From Cetorhinus maximus (lineage: Eukaryota): 64,000 bases of DNA. This document shows positions 12,301 through 24,685 of this stretch, piece by piece. How positions within the stretch are numbered: the first letter of the stretch is position 1; every line of letters starts with the position of its first letter. The stretch spans positions 4,898,001 through 4,962,000 of the forward strand of contig NC_135901.1 of assembly GCF_964194155.1 (NCBI RefSeq), given 5' to 3'. The notes under the pieces were generated by a model. That model did no database searches. It was not told the origin of the DNA and saw only the letters and a list, made by a program, of their open reading frames with translations. Position numbers and translations under genes: made by a program.

Positions 12301-13184
12301 GGAGTTTCACTGAGTTGGCTTAACCTACGAATGTGTAAAATAATATTTTTAGCAAGTTCTTTAAAAATACAGACTTTCATATTGATATGTTGATCTATGA
12401 TGTGGATTTTAACAATTATTTGCTGAATGTTACTGTGCTGCTTTATTGCTTTGTTCTTACTGGCGTCTGGGATCACGTTAATTTTCAAGAGTTTTGTTGT
12501 ATAGATGTTTGTTTATGCAATGTGGGCATCACTGGCAAGACCAACATCTGTTGCCCATCCCTAATTGCCCTCGAAGGTATTGGTGAGTTAAAATGGTGGC
12601 ACATTGGAAAATAGCTGGTGACACACTGACATAACCCTTTGCTTCACTTCGCATGTACATAACCCAGCAAGCTCATGTTGTTGTTAGTATGGACTTCATC
12701 CTGTATTACAGGCAGTAACTGCATTGAATGCTCATCTCACTCTGGTGACTTGATACAAAGGCATTGGTCACAGTTTTGATGGTAATAGAAGGTAAACAAA
12801 AGGAAAACTCAGGTTTTACCCACTTGAAGTTGAATAATTCCACCCATTTGAAGTGGGCTAGAAGAATTTGAATTTATTTCACATCATAAAAACTGCTAAA
12901 TTACATGATTCCTTATCACCAAAAGATTTTCAGACCTTTCTGTCTTTGGCTATTCTCATCCTGGTGACTGCAGCCACTTGGCAACAGGCGCCAACACTGA
13001 AAACAACAACCCACAACCCCACCTGAGAACCACTTCACATCTGACACTTGTGGCAGAACCTGCCTCCCACGGATTGGTCTCTTCAGCCATCAGTAAAAAT
13101 GAACCATATGAGGCTCCCCCATCCCCAACAGTTTGATTTGCTGTACGTCCATCATGTCATGTAGATGGAAGGATGACGATTCCG

Positions 13185-13497
13185 TTGCAGTACCAAGGGA
13201 GCACTGCACTGTCAGATGAGATCTTCAGCCGATGGGTATACAAGATCCATTGCTGCTATTTTGACGAGCAGGGAAGCTCTGCCCAGTGTCATGACCAATG
13301 TTGATCCCTTGATCAACATCACTCAAACAGCTTTTCTGGGTCTGATCATGTTGCTTCCATGGGATCTTGCTGTGCATAAATGCTGTATTTCCTACATTAC
13401 AACATGTGCTGCACTTCATAGAAATTTCATTAGCTGTTAAATGCTTTGAGATATCCTGGTGTCATGAAAGGCTCTACAGAAATACAAATCTTTCTTG
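13185..13497 (+). mobile_element. Deu-domain SINE (SacSINE1/AmnSINE1-like), decayed
   Basis: GGGAGCACTGCACTGTC...CTTGCTGTGC...TTTCCTACATTACAAC...GAAAGGCTCTA resembles the Deu-SINE body as recalled; not database-checked. Confidence 0.6.
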
Positions 13498-13756
13498 AAC
13501 GGAGGAGAAAAGGCCCAGAAATGGAACAGTTGACAACAAGATTTCAATTAGTCTCCTCTTATCCTGGAGAAAACAAATACTCCACACAGTGTGTTTGACA
13601 CCAAGCTGATTAATTTAACATTTATCCAGAATTAAACACCAGCCCAGTTATAGGGATCATTATCAGCAGAAACAAACACCTCGTATCAAAATGAACATTG
13701 TCCAGTCCTGGAGGTGATTAACTACGGTAATAACAATGGAATTCAAACCCCTGCAG

Positions 13757-14939
13757 TCACTTGTGAACATCCTGGTGTCTCTGCAGATTGGATGACACAC
13801 TGAATCCCTTCCCACACACACAGCAGATGAACAGCCTCTCCCTGACGTGAACTCGCTGGAGTGTCAGCAGAAGGAATGGATATTTGAATTCCTTCCCACA
13901 CACAGGATAGGTGTAAGGCCTCTCCCCAGTGTGTGAGCACTGGTGTTGCATCATTTGATTTCTGCTTTTAAATATCTTCCCACAGTCAGAACATTTAAAA
14001 TGTTTCTTAATGGAGTGAACTTGCTGGTGTTTCTGAAGGTGGGATGTTCATGTGAATCCCTACCCACACTCTGAGCAGGTGAATGGCCTCTCCCCAGTGT
14101 GAATTCGCTGGTATTTCAGCAGATCTGTTGGGCCTTTAAAGCTCCTCTCACAGTCAGAACATTTGAACAGTCTCTGAGCACTGTGAACAAGTTGGTGTGT
14201 CAGCAGAACAGATGATTGAGTGAATCCTTTCCCACAAATCGAACAAGTGAATGGCCTCTCGCTGGTGGGTGTTAAGATTGGATGAACTCCTGAATCTTTT
14301 CCCACAGTCAGAGCAGGTGAACGGCCTCTCCCCAGTGTGAAGGAGTTGGTGTGTCAGATCCATTTTTCTTTTGAAGCTTTTCTCATGGTCAGAACATTTA
14401 AAATGTTTGTCATCGGAATGACCAAGTTGATGTGTTAGAAGGCGGGATTACTGAGATTCACTTCCCACACACAGAGCAGGTGAATGGCCTCTCCCCAGTG
14501 TGAATACGCCAATGCATTTCCAGCAGGGATGGGGAAATGGATCCGGTTCCACAGTCCCCATATTTCCATGGTTTCTCCATGGTGTTAGTGTCCCTGTGTC
14601 TCTCCAACGGACAATCAGTTGAAACCTCATTCATACTCAGAACACCTGTACGGTTTAGTTTCTGTCTGCTGTGAATGGTGTGATGTTTATTCAAGCCGTG
14701 TAACTGGTTAAAGCTCTTTCCATAGTCAGTGCATTGGAACCCTCTCACTTGGATGTGTGTCCCAGTGCTTTTCCAGTCACACTGATCTTTGTAATATTTT
14801 TCCATAGACAGACGAGACAAACATTTCTTCCTCTACATTCAAAGGCTGATGATACTCAGATCTTGATGACTGAGGTGACTCTGTCTACTCTTGACATGAT
14901 GTTTGAGTTTCCTGTATACAAATCCTCCATTTTAATGAC
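13757..14939 (-). pseudogene. C2H2 zinc-finger locus 3, multiply frameshifted
   Basis: Finger fragments in several frames (ORFs 14458-14820, 14154-14363, 14060-14305, 13757-13954); ends HK-stop. Confidence 0.9.
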
Positions 14940-15269
14940 CTGGAAAAGGAGTTTACAATAGTCATCGCTGTAAGTCCAGGATAGAAATTCAGAAGACAAT
15001 TCTAGTTTCTTTGGAAGATATTTTTCCCTTTTGTTCTCCAAAAGCTGTAAGTCCCCATTCCACACAGTCTCCCTCCCCTTGGGCTGAAATCGAAACCCGT
15101 CTCACCATCTGCACCATTTCTTTCCTCCACTCCCAGTTTCTCCGTTCCCCTCCTCTGCCTGGGTTCAGTTCTCCAGCCCCTGTGAGCAGGATGAGAATAA
15201 AATCAATGATTTTATTATTTATTAATGATTTTTCTCTTGGTCACTGAGACCCTGAACACCCGCCCTACC

Positions 15270-15610
15270 TTTGTTGCGTCACCAAGATTGCAGCGCATGC
15301 GCTCTCCTACCTACTAAAACAAGATGGCGGCCGTTGATCTGGGCCTTTCCCCGGGAAAAAAAACTCGGAGCCTCAAACGCTGGACTGCAGGTCCTCATTC
15401 GGTGCTGGCAACCGACACTGGGTGTTATTGATACCTCCCTGCCCACCCGCCGGGTCCATCGCTCCCTTCTCCGCTTACCGGCTGCAAATGCGGTAAACAA
15501 GGGTTTATCCATCATCATCATCACTGCGCCTGCGTATTGCTGTCCCGGGGTGTGGATAGGGGGCATTCTCCACCGCGGCGGATGATGGGTAAAAGCCCCG
15601 CCATTGACAG
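15270..15610 (-). promoter_or_regulatory. CpG-island promoter of locus 3
   Basis: GCGCATGCGC (about 15293), AAGATGGCGGC (15321-15331), TGCGCCTGCG, CCCCGCCC. Confidence 0.65.
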
Positions 15611-15939
15611 TCCCGATTAGTTTATAGTTATTTATTTACGGGTGGTTGAAGGGAAGGACTCAATTCACCCCCATCCATCTGCAGGAACATTGAGTTGCAA
15701 AACTATTGCACTGAATTGAATTCCTACCCCGAGAGCTTTACAGTCCTGTCAACTGTTAAGCTTAGTGGTTGGCACAAAAGCTTAATGGTGCTACAAAATC
15801 TTTTAGATTGCCCATGCATTAAGCAGTCCCTTTTACATTTTACTGTTCTTAGACAGTAAGAAGTAAGCTTTTAATATATCTGTTGGTAGATGTTGATTAA
15901 AATGTTTCCCCTACAATTGTTTCTTAATTTTCCCAACCG

Positions 15940-16060
15940 CTCCCACTGTCCGAGAGAGAAGCCGATTGGTGTATCTGGGTCACGTGTGTGTCCAGAGGGG
16001 CCGAGCTTTGTAGCAGTACGCATGCGCAGTTATCCAGGGCCCGGAAGCAGAAAGAGAATG
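15940..16060 (+). promoter_or_regulatory. Compact housekeeping-type promoter of locus 4
   Basis: GATTGG (CCAAT), TCACGTG (E-box), CGCATGCGCA (NRF1), CCGGAAG (ETS) within about 90 bp. Confidence 0.65.
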
Positions 16061-16720
16061 TGACTTTCTGCCCAGGGCTGACAGTGATGGATTTAATAAA
16101 CTCCTTTCACAGGGATTAGGAGGGAAGACTCACGAAAACAAACAAAAGAAACCACAAATATGAAACCTATGTAAGTCAGTCATGGGCTGTATGCATTGCT
16201 GGCAAGGACAGCAGTTGTTACCCATTACTAATTTCCCTTGTGGTGGTGCTGAGCCGCCTTCTTGCACTGCTGAAGGTAATTTGATGTCGGTACGCTCATA
16301 GAGTTTTTCTCTGTCGCGTGTTTTGACACAACTGAGTGGCTGGCTAGGCCATTTCAGAGGGCAGTTGCAATCAAGCACAATTCTATGGAAATTGAGAGAC
16401 AAAAGAAAGTTCCATGGTAACTAGAACAGTCGATTCTAAATATCTGTCCTGTATTTACAATAATAAACTTTATAAATTTAATTTACAGGGTATTAGAAGG
16501 GGAGGATTTACAGAGTATGCAAACCGAAGTACCAAGACACACACACAAACCTGAGTGAGAGTATCCCAGTGAACTGACTGTGGAAACAGCATGAACCAGT
16601 TCCACAGCCTGAAAAAAACATTGAACCCTTCACAGTAGGGAGCAACTGGACACGTGTTCTGAATATAAATGAGGCTTCAACTGATCGTCCAACCTGGAGA
16701 GCCACAAAGACACCCGCATC

Positions 16721-17311
16721 GTGGAGAAACCATGGAAATGTGGGGACTGTGGGAAGGGATTCATTTGCCCATCCCAGCTGGAAGCTCATCGACGCACTCA
16801 CACTGGGGAGAGACCATACACCTGCTCCGTGTGTGGGAAGGGATTCACTCTGATGTCCAGCCTTCAGTTACACCAGCGAGTTCACACTGACGAGAGGCCA
16901 TTTAAATGTTCTAATTGTGGGAAAGGCTTTAAAATCTCACCGGATCTAATTAAACACCAGTTTGTTCACACTGACGAGAGACCATTTGGTTGTTCTCAAT
17001 GCGAGAAGAGATTCAGACAGTCATCTCACCTCATTCAACACCAGCGAGTTCACACTGGAGAGCGACCCCTTACCTGCTCCATGTGTGGGAAGGGATTCAC
17101 TTCTTCATCCAACCTGGTGAGACACCAACGGGTTCACACAGGGGAGAAGATATTCACCTGCTCTGTGTGGGGGAAGCACTTTTCTCAGTCTTCCAACCTG
17201 CTGAGACACCAGCAAGTTCACACTGGGGAGAGGCCGTTCACCTGCTCTGTCTGTGGGAAGAGATTTGCTCGTTCGTCTCACTTGCTGACACACCAGCGAG
17301 TTCACAAGTGA
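16721..17311 (+). CDS. C2H2 zinc-finger array, 7 fingers (one CxxW), family ATG mutated to GTG (locus 4); possibly a young pseudogene
   Basis: ORF 16721-17311; in-frame TGA at 16682; acceptor TTTACAG at 16488. Confidence 0.7.
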   Translation: MEKPWKCGDCGKGFICPSQLEAHRRTHTGERPYTCSVCGKGFTLMSSLQLHQRVHTDERPFKCSNCGKGFKISPDLIKHQFVHTDERPFGCSQCEKRFRQSSHLIQHQRVHTGERPLTCSMCGKGFTSSSNLVRHQRVHTGEKIFTCSVWGKHFSQSSNLLRHQQVHTGERPFTCSVCGKRFARSSHLLTHQRVHK

Positions 17312-17454
17312 TTGTAGAGGTTGGAAATTGCTGTTAATCAAGTCCTTTGTTTGTTTTTGCTGATGTTAATACCTGCTATAACAGGCCTGGAGTTTAATAT
17401 TCTGGACATTGGTCAAATGTATCAGTTTTGGGGGAAGCAGACTGCATGTCATAA

Positions 17455-18450
17455 AATCATGAGAGGGGAGCAGGAGCAGACCATATGGCCCATCGTGCCT
17501 GCTCCGCTATTCAATACCTTCATGGCTGATTGTTGGCTTCAATTGCACTTTTTCGCCCACTCCCCATTTCCTTGATTCCCTGAGAGACCAAAAATCTGTC
17601 TATCTCAGTCTTAAATATGTTCAACAATGGAGCATGTACAACCCTCTGGGGAAAGAGAATTCCAAACATTCACATGTCTTCATGTGAATAAATGTCTCCT
17701 CACCTCAATTCTAAATTAACCGGAGTGTGTGCCCCCATCTCCTAGATTCCCCAGTCAGGGGAAACAACCTCCCAGTGTTTACCCTGTCAAGCCCATTCAG
17801 AATTTTATATGTGTCAGTGAGATCACCTCTCACTCCCCTGAACGCCAGAGAATATAGGCCTCTCATCATAAGACAACCCTCTCATCCCAGGAACCAATAT
17901 AGTGCTGTACCGCCTCCCAATGCAACTATATCCTTCATTAAATCTTCATCTTCTTCAGTTCCCTGCCTGAAAGCAGGTCTGACTCACAGCACCCTGATCT
18001 CCACCCTGCACAGGGCAAGGAGGCGGGTCCCAAATCCACCCCAGCTGGAACAGGGATCAAACTCCATGCTGTTTGTACCAATCGGATCCTCACCAGCCAT
18101 CCAGCAAACTGCCCCCCTAAGGAGTCCGAGTTGCTGTGACAACATACACTTTAACATACATGTTGTAGTCCGGAGCTAGAAATAGTGATGGAAGAGACTC
18201 CAATCTTCTTTCCACCACATGGGTGACACGGACTCCCTCCCTCTCTTTCCATCTGCCATCGGTGTGAGTTGGGAGGGTTTATAAGTTGATACCCGAGCTG
18301 TTTGGCTGTGTGATGAACACACCTTCCGTGGCCAAGTCCTGGAGTGCAACTTGAACCCAGAGCCTCCGGCTCAGAGACAGGGACGTTACCCACTGCACCA
18401 CAAGACCTCCTCCTTCCTTAAATACGGAGACCAAAACTGCACTCAGTGCT
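17455..18450 (-). mobile_element. CR1 3' fragment interrupted by a SINE
   Basis: GAGATCACCTCTCA, GAGAATTCCAAA and other CR1 antisense motifs shared with other copies. Confidence 0.75.
17944..18410 (-). mobile_element. tRNA-derived SINE (possibly dimeric) with TSD
   Basis: A box TGGTGCAGTGG, B box GGTTCAAGT; GAAGAAGATGAAG tail; TSD TCCTTC(A/C)TTAAAT at 17931-17943 and 18411-18423. Confidence 0.75.
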
Positions 18451-18469
18451 CCAGTTATCCTCTTAAATT

Positions 18470-20977
18470 CTGCAGAATTAAAGGAAAGTAATTGATGTCC
18501 TTTTACTGACGCTTCCATCTTTGGACCTTTCCCCCTTTCTAACTCTAGATTATTTCAGCTCTCCTACCTTCAGTTCCTCTCATGGACAAGTCCCAGCTCC
18601 CCATACCTTCCAGACTGTCTCTCCTAGTCTTGGCACCTAGGAAATACATCACTAACACATCCAGGATTACTAAACCTAAAGCTCAGTTTGTAAAACACTT
18701 TCAGCTACTGGACACAGTGTGTGTCCCACAGCATCTCTCGCACCTTTGGTGTGTGAATAGAGCATCATGTCTGTAAACCTGGTTTAAATTGAAATTGACT
18801 CAGCAAATGTATTAACAGCCTTGTGCTCACGGTCAGAAAAATGCACAGATATCCTTGTGGTTATAGTTTGAAGATGGTCAGATCACGAATGTAGTGAACA
18901 AGTTAAAATATAAATATCTCCAGTTTAGCCACAGCTTGTTCGACCAGAGCTGGAAAGAAAGCTCTGAATCCATTGAATTATCCTCTGTTCCCCATATTGG
19001 GTAAGTATTTTTTTGATACAATATTTTATTCAAGAAATATGTTCACAGCCCAAAGGCTGAATTGCAGTGTAACTTACGTCAAAAAACTCATAAAATTCAT
19101 TTATAGACTAAGTAATCAAGTTAAAAATATGGAAATGTGACAATCACGTAATAATATGAAATAGACAAACAAATTCAGCAGGGAAGTGGTAGGTGGGATA
19201 TAAAAAGAAGGAATATCGAATTAAAATTACAGACCAATACACTTTTCCTATATTACAGTTCCTGAAGTACATATAAGTTTCATCGTTCAAATGCTTCTCA
19301 GAGGACCGGAACCATGTAAGGAATTACTCTGTCTTTATGATTGCAGTGCTGTTAATAAAGTCAGGAAAAGACAATCTGTTGTTGTGAGCTTGATTACCTG
19401 GTGTCTGAAACCACAAGATTCAACATTTAGAGTCAACAAGATGAACAAGGAAACACATCATGGCCCAATACTCCAGCTCGATATTCACAGAAGGAAGTCT
19501 GTTATCTAATGCCTCGAGTGGACAGAACAGAGAAAGATCCCAACTGTAAGACACCCTCGAATCATTTGTAAATATCTTTCAAGTGCTGACAGGTTCCAAC
19601 AGCCAGTTTCCATTACATTGAAGTCAATGGAAGGTGAGAAAGCGCTTATAAACGTTCCATACACAAATGCAACTTGTTATTGCCATAAAATGGTAGACTC
19701 AGGAATATCACACAAATTTTAAATCTTCGTACCATAATAATCATCAGACTGGAAACTTAAACCTGCTGTTTCACTCTCAGTCAGGAACAGATCACTGTTT
19801 TACACCAATCTCTGATTTGACAGCACGTTTCCAGCATTCACTGTTCTTCCCGACTCTAAACACAGTTGTAAGGGAGCCTTCTGTTCTGTGTCTACGAGCT
19901 TTGAACCATGGAAGAGAGTGGCTGTGACACATTTCTTACACACCTCACGATTAACCCACAAGTTCAATCCTGGATGTGATTAGCAGCAGCAATAACAGAA
20001 TTCAACTCCTGCAGTCACTTGTGTACTCGCTGGGGTTTCAGGCTGGATGACTGCGTGGCCTTCCCACACAAAGAGCAGATGAACAGCGTCTTTCCAGTGT
20101 GTACTCGCTGGTATTTCAGAAGCTGGTCTGACTGAGTGAATCCCTTCCCACACACACAGCAGGGGAATGGAAGCTCCTCAGTGTGAACTTGCTCATCGCC
20201 AGCTTGTCAGATGAGTAGGCAAATTTCTTCTCACACACAGAGCACCTGAATGATCTTTCTCCGGTGTGAACATGCTGGTGTGTCAACACACTGGATAATT
20301 GAGTGAATCCATTTCCACACATAGAGCAGGTGTATGGCCTCTCCCCATTCTGACTGCGTTGATCAGTTTCCAGTTCAAATGGGGAAATGAATCCCAACCC
20401 ACTGTCCCCCAATTCCACAGATTCGCCAAGGTGCCAGTGTCCTTGTGTCTCTCCAGGTTGGACGATCAGTTGAAGCCTTACACGCACAAAACAACATGTG
20501 TACAGTCTCTCCCCAGTGTGAATGGTGCGATTCTTTTTTCAGGCTGTGCACCTGGTTAAAGCTCTTTCCATAGTCAGTTCACTCTCACTTGGGTGTGTGT
20601 GTCTAGGTGCTTTTCCAGTCACACTGATGCTTGAAATCTTCTCCCATGGACAGAACAAACATTTCTCCTTCCACATTCAAAGACCGATGATATTCAGGTC
20701 CTGATGAATCGAGTTACTCTGTCAGATCTCGACATGATGTTTGTTATGACTTTCCCGTCTGGAACTCCTCCCCATGTAACCCCCTGTAAAAGGAGGTTAC
20801 AGAAATTATCTCTGTAAACACAGGATAGAAATTCAGAACTGACAATTCTAGTTTCTATGGAACATTTCCCCCCTTTCTTTCACCCAAATCTATAAATCTC
20901 TGTCCCACACACTCCTCTCCCTCTCTGCTCATTGTTCCAGATTCAGTGTCCAGTCTCCTACTTATTCTTTTCTCCTC
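18470..20977 (+). repeat. Older inverted duplication arm (partner about 42297-45640)
   Basis: AACTCTAGATTATTTCAG (18541) vs 45563-45580; CAATACTCCAGCTCGATATTCACAG (about 19466) vs about 44193-44219; TTCCAGATTCAGTGTCCA (about 20935) vs about 42323-42340. Confidence 0.88.
20015..20783 (-). pseudogene. C2H2 zinc-finger locus 5, decayed
   Basis: ORF 20116-20487 finger remnants, conserved leader and acceptor, HK-stop end. Confidence 0.88.
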
Positions 20978-21054
20978 CTGTCCTTAAACACTAATTCAGA
21001 CTGTGGGCCAGTCCCACTCGCTGATTCTAATTCTGCCAAAGAATTTGGCTCAGA

Positions 21055-21320
21055 ACTGTTTATGAGGTTGCACATAAGGCCAATGTTATAGGGCATGGAA
21101 ATGTTGGAATCGCAACACGTATATTGACCAGTGAAGGTAGACATGCAGTAGACGGTAGTAGAGATTAGCAAGTATCTCAACCACCACGATGAGGAATGGG
21201 AGCTCATTTGACTGCTCCATTTCAAAGGTAAACTCGAGCACCGGCTGGAACCCATTAAGGTGTGTAAGGAAAATCTTACATGCAGCTGCAAATTCAAGTA
21301 AAGCAAATATATCATCTATG
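21055..21320 (-). mobile_element. Penelope-like element RT fragment
   Basis: IDDIFA...LNGFQPVLEFTFEMEQSNELPFL...TTVY...TFTGQY, matching PLE RT motifs 5-7 and thumb. Confidence 0.75.
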
Positions 21321-21387
21321 CCTTGGGAATACGCAAGGGGTAGGGGTTCTCTCCAACAGGATTTCCATTGGTCTCTTTCACCATTTT

Positions 21388-21425
21388 CACCTGAAGAAGA
21401 GTCACACAGACTCGAAGCATTAACC
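21388..21425 (+). ncRNA. Degenerate minimal hammerhead ribozyme in Penelope pseudo-LTR
   Basis: CTGAAGA-A-GAGTC-acaca-GACTC-GAAGC-ATT; core mutated (GAAG). Confidence 0.6.
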
Positions 21426-21471
21426 CTGTTTCTCTCTTCATAAACGCTGCCAGACCTGCTGAGTTTTACCA

Positions 21472-22510
21472 GCGTGTAAAATTAAAGCATATGGGATTGG
21501 GGGTAATGTATTGAGATGGATAGAAAACTGGTGGGCAGGCAGGAAACAAAGAGTAGGAATAAACGGGTCTTTTTCCGAATGGCAGGCAGTGACTAGTGGG
21601 GTACCGCAGGGATCGGTGCTGGGACCCCAGCTATTCACAATATATATTAATGATTTAGATGAGGGAGCTAAATGTAATATCTCCAAATTTGCAGATGACA
21701 CAAAGCTGGGTGGGAGGGTGAGCTGTGAGGAGGATGCAGAGATGCTTCAGGGTGATTTGGACAAGCTACGTGAGTGTACAAATGCATGACAGATGGGTGT
21801 CCTCGTACACCAGTTGCTGAAGGTAAGCATGCAGGTGTAGCAGGCGGTAAAGAAAGCAAATGGTATGTTGGCCTTCACAGCAAGAGGATTCGAGTCCAGG
21901 AGCAGGGATGTCTCGCTGCAATTACTCAGGGCCTTGGTGAGACCACACTTGGAATATTATGTGCAGTTTTGGCCTGCTTATCTGAGGAAGGATGTTCTTG
22001 CTATAGAGCGAGTGCAGCGAATGTTTATCAGACTGATTCCTGGGATGGCGGGACTGACATATGAAGAGGAATTGAGTCGGTTAGGATTATATTCGCTGGA
22101 GTTCAGAAGAATGAGGGGGGATCTCATAGGAACCTATAAAATTCTAACAGGACGAGACAGGGTAGATGTAGGAAGGATGTTCCTGATGGTGGCGGAGTCC
22201 AGAACCAGGGGTCACAGTCTGAGAATATGGGGTAGACCATTTAGGACTGAGATGAGGAGAAATTTCTTCACCAGAGAGGTGGTGAGCCTGTGGAATTCGC
22301 TACCACAGGAAGTAGCTGAGGCCAAAACATTGTATGTTTTCAAGAAGGAGTTAGATATAGCTCTTGGGGTGAAAGGGATCAAAGGATATGGGGAGAAAGC
22401 GGGAGCAGGCTATTGAGTTGGATGATCAGCCATTATCATAATTAATTACAGAGCAGGCTCGAAGGGCCAAATGGCCTACTCCTGCTCCTATTTTCTATGT
22501 TTCTATGTTT
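21472..22510 (+). mobile_element. CR1 LINE 3' 1 kb, inserted into Penelope pLTR
   Basis: ORFs 21511-21789 ([15 protein letters not shown]) and 21865-22416; (TTTCTATG)n tail; pLTR resumes at about 22512. Confidence 0.93.
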
Positions 22511-22554
22511 CTGATTTTGTATTTGATGTCCAGCATCTGCAGAATTTTGCTTTT

Positions 22555-24680
22555 ATTTTCCCATCAATACCTTGTATTAATACATTTTTACTCAGTGAAT
22601 GTTTCAAACAAAAGTCTAAATCTTTTGCTAGCAATAAGTTCTGAATCGAGCCAGTGTCTCTCAGGATAACAAGCTTTCCAGGCCCTTTCTTGGACAAAAA
22701 TGTAGTGACTTCCCCTTCAAATATAAACCCTTCTTAATCCCTCATGTCTCTATTTTCACCCATGGTAAATACATTAGAAGATTAGAAGGAATGAATCCTG
22801 TTCATTCTCATATCATTTCACTTTCCAGCTCTTATGGGTTTGCAACCAGTGGTTTGTTGTCACTAAGGTGTCTGTGAGTCAAATCATAGCTATCAGCTAA
22901 AACAGCAGCTTCCCTTATAGTAAAAACATACAGTGCACCAGGTGTGTAATAATGCTGTTTTTAAATTCTTCCATTTAGATTATTTCATCCACATTCAAAA
23001 AACTCTGTAACATTTTCATTGCTCAAAATCACCTGTCAAACAACATTTCTTTTTTACGTAGCAAATTTTATGAAGGTTTGGGTCTGTCTTTTCACAAGGT
23101 CCAAAATTTTAATAGATACGATTTGGGAATGAGCTCATATGCATTAAGCACCACAGTTTGAACAGTCTCATAATTTGAAGCTTAACTTGAATAAACATCC
23201 ATTGCCTTTCCCAATAACCCCTTTGCAAAATAAAAGCCCATGCCTTCTTTGGCCACCCTAACTTTGCAACAAATTTTTCAAACAAGGCAAAATCTCTCCA
23301 ATGCCTTCTTCAGTGAAATTTAGGCACGAGGCAAATATTCCTTGCAAAATGATAACTCACAGTGGGACTCGACTCATTGTCTGAATGGTTAGTTTCTCTT
23401 TCACCACTTAACTTAAGATTTTCTTTAGCCAGTTCATAATGTTTAATTTTTTTCTCTCTTTGAAGCTCTCTGTTTCTTTCCTTATCTCTTTCTTCCCTTT
23501 CTATTTTTTCCATTTGGAATTCTAGTTCAAGCCTCAGCATTTCCATTTTTTTCTTCTTTCTTTTTCCTTTTCCTCTGCTTCATGTTCGAGATTTTGATTT
23601 TCTCTATCCCGTTGGAATTCTCACTCAAGTTTTTGATCTGCAATTGAATTCTCGGTAACTCATCTGGATTGTTATCTGAGTGAAGCTTTTCTTCTTCCAA
23701 TTCCAAATGCGGTGCTATTGCATCAACTATTTCTGTTTTTTAAGTCCCCGCTTTGAAATCCAAAAACCACTGTTTTGCTAATTCCATCAACCTCACCTTT
23801 ACTCATTGTTTCAAAACACCCAGGGATAAATCATCTCCCTGAAGACGTCTTAGCAATTAACAAAACCATTCTGCTTCTCAATAAATATGGTAAGGTTCAT
23901 TCTGAAATATTGTTAGCCTAAACCTTAGCAAAACATAGCGCACCCTTAGCAGTCTGTGGATTCGCAATCCCGAATGGGCCCCCAATATTGTTACAATCCT
24001 GATCGGGACCGTTAATGTTTGAAGAAAAATCTGAACACCCACTAATGAGCTGAATGAATTATGACACAATATTTGACATTTTGAAAAAAATAAACTTTCC
24101 TGTATGTAAAAGAATTAAACGCAGTAAGCACTACCACTTAACACCATGTTATATAAATACTAAAGTTATAAACCCGGTTCTAATTTTTAGTTCCACCGAG
24201 AGTTCCTTTGTACGTTATGAGATCCTGCAGGTTCATTCACTTCTCCTGAAACCAACCCATGTGCCACAGCCCTCTGGAATTCACTTTGATTCCTCCTCAG
24301 TATTTCCACCTACTCTTCCAAGCTACAAGATTTCCCGGGCATCTTTCCAGCAGCTTTTTGCCAATCTACCTGTCAAAATTTCTTTAAGACCTCACAACTG
24401 TGGATTCCTCCACTCAGGCTTGAGCTTCACTGCCTTCTTGCCCTGACCTTGGACAGACTGACTGCTTTTCCCCATGCTGCTCCCACAGCTTCTTCACAGC
24501 TCTTTCAAAGCTCACTGTTCAAGCTGACTCCTTTCTGCCACAAGGCTAACTGCCTTTCACTATCAGGATCATTCAAGGTTTCTTCCTCTAGCTCCAAGCT
24601 GGGCAAATCTTCCAGCTTCTTTTTCCCTCACCAACTCCAAGTGAACTGCAACGTACACAAGACCAAATCTGTAACTGTCT
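22555..24680 (-). mobile_element. Gmr1-like Gypsy LTR retrotransposon remnant: LTR, PBS, gag (SCAN-like capsid), protease
   Basis: LTR end TGTAACA at 23989; PBS TGGGGGCCCATTCGGGAT (23967-23984), close to tRNA-Pro PBS; coiled coil + LVPKF, AYELIP, EEFKN gag motifs; protease LRDTGS. Confidence 0.8.
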
Positions 24681-24685
24681 TCTAA

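Noticed and set aside
18340-18410. tRNA gene
   Set aside because: A/B boxes head a TSD-flanked SINE; no full cloverleaf
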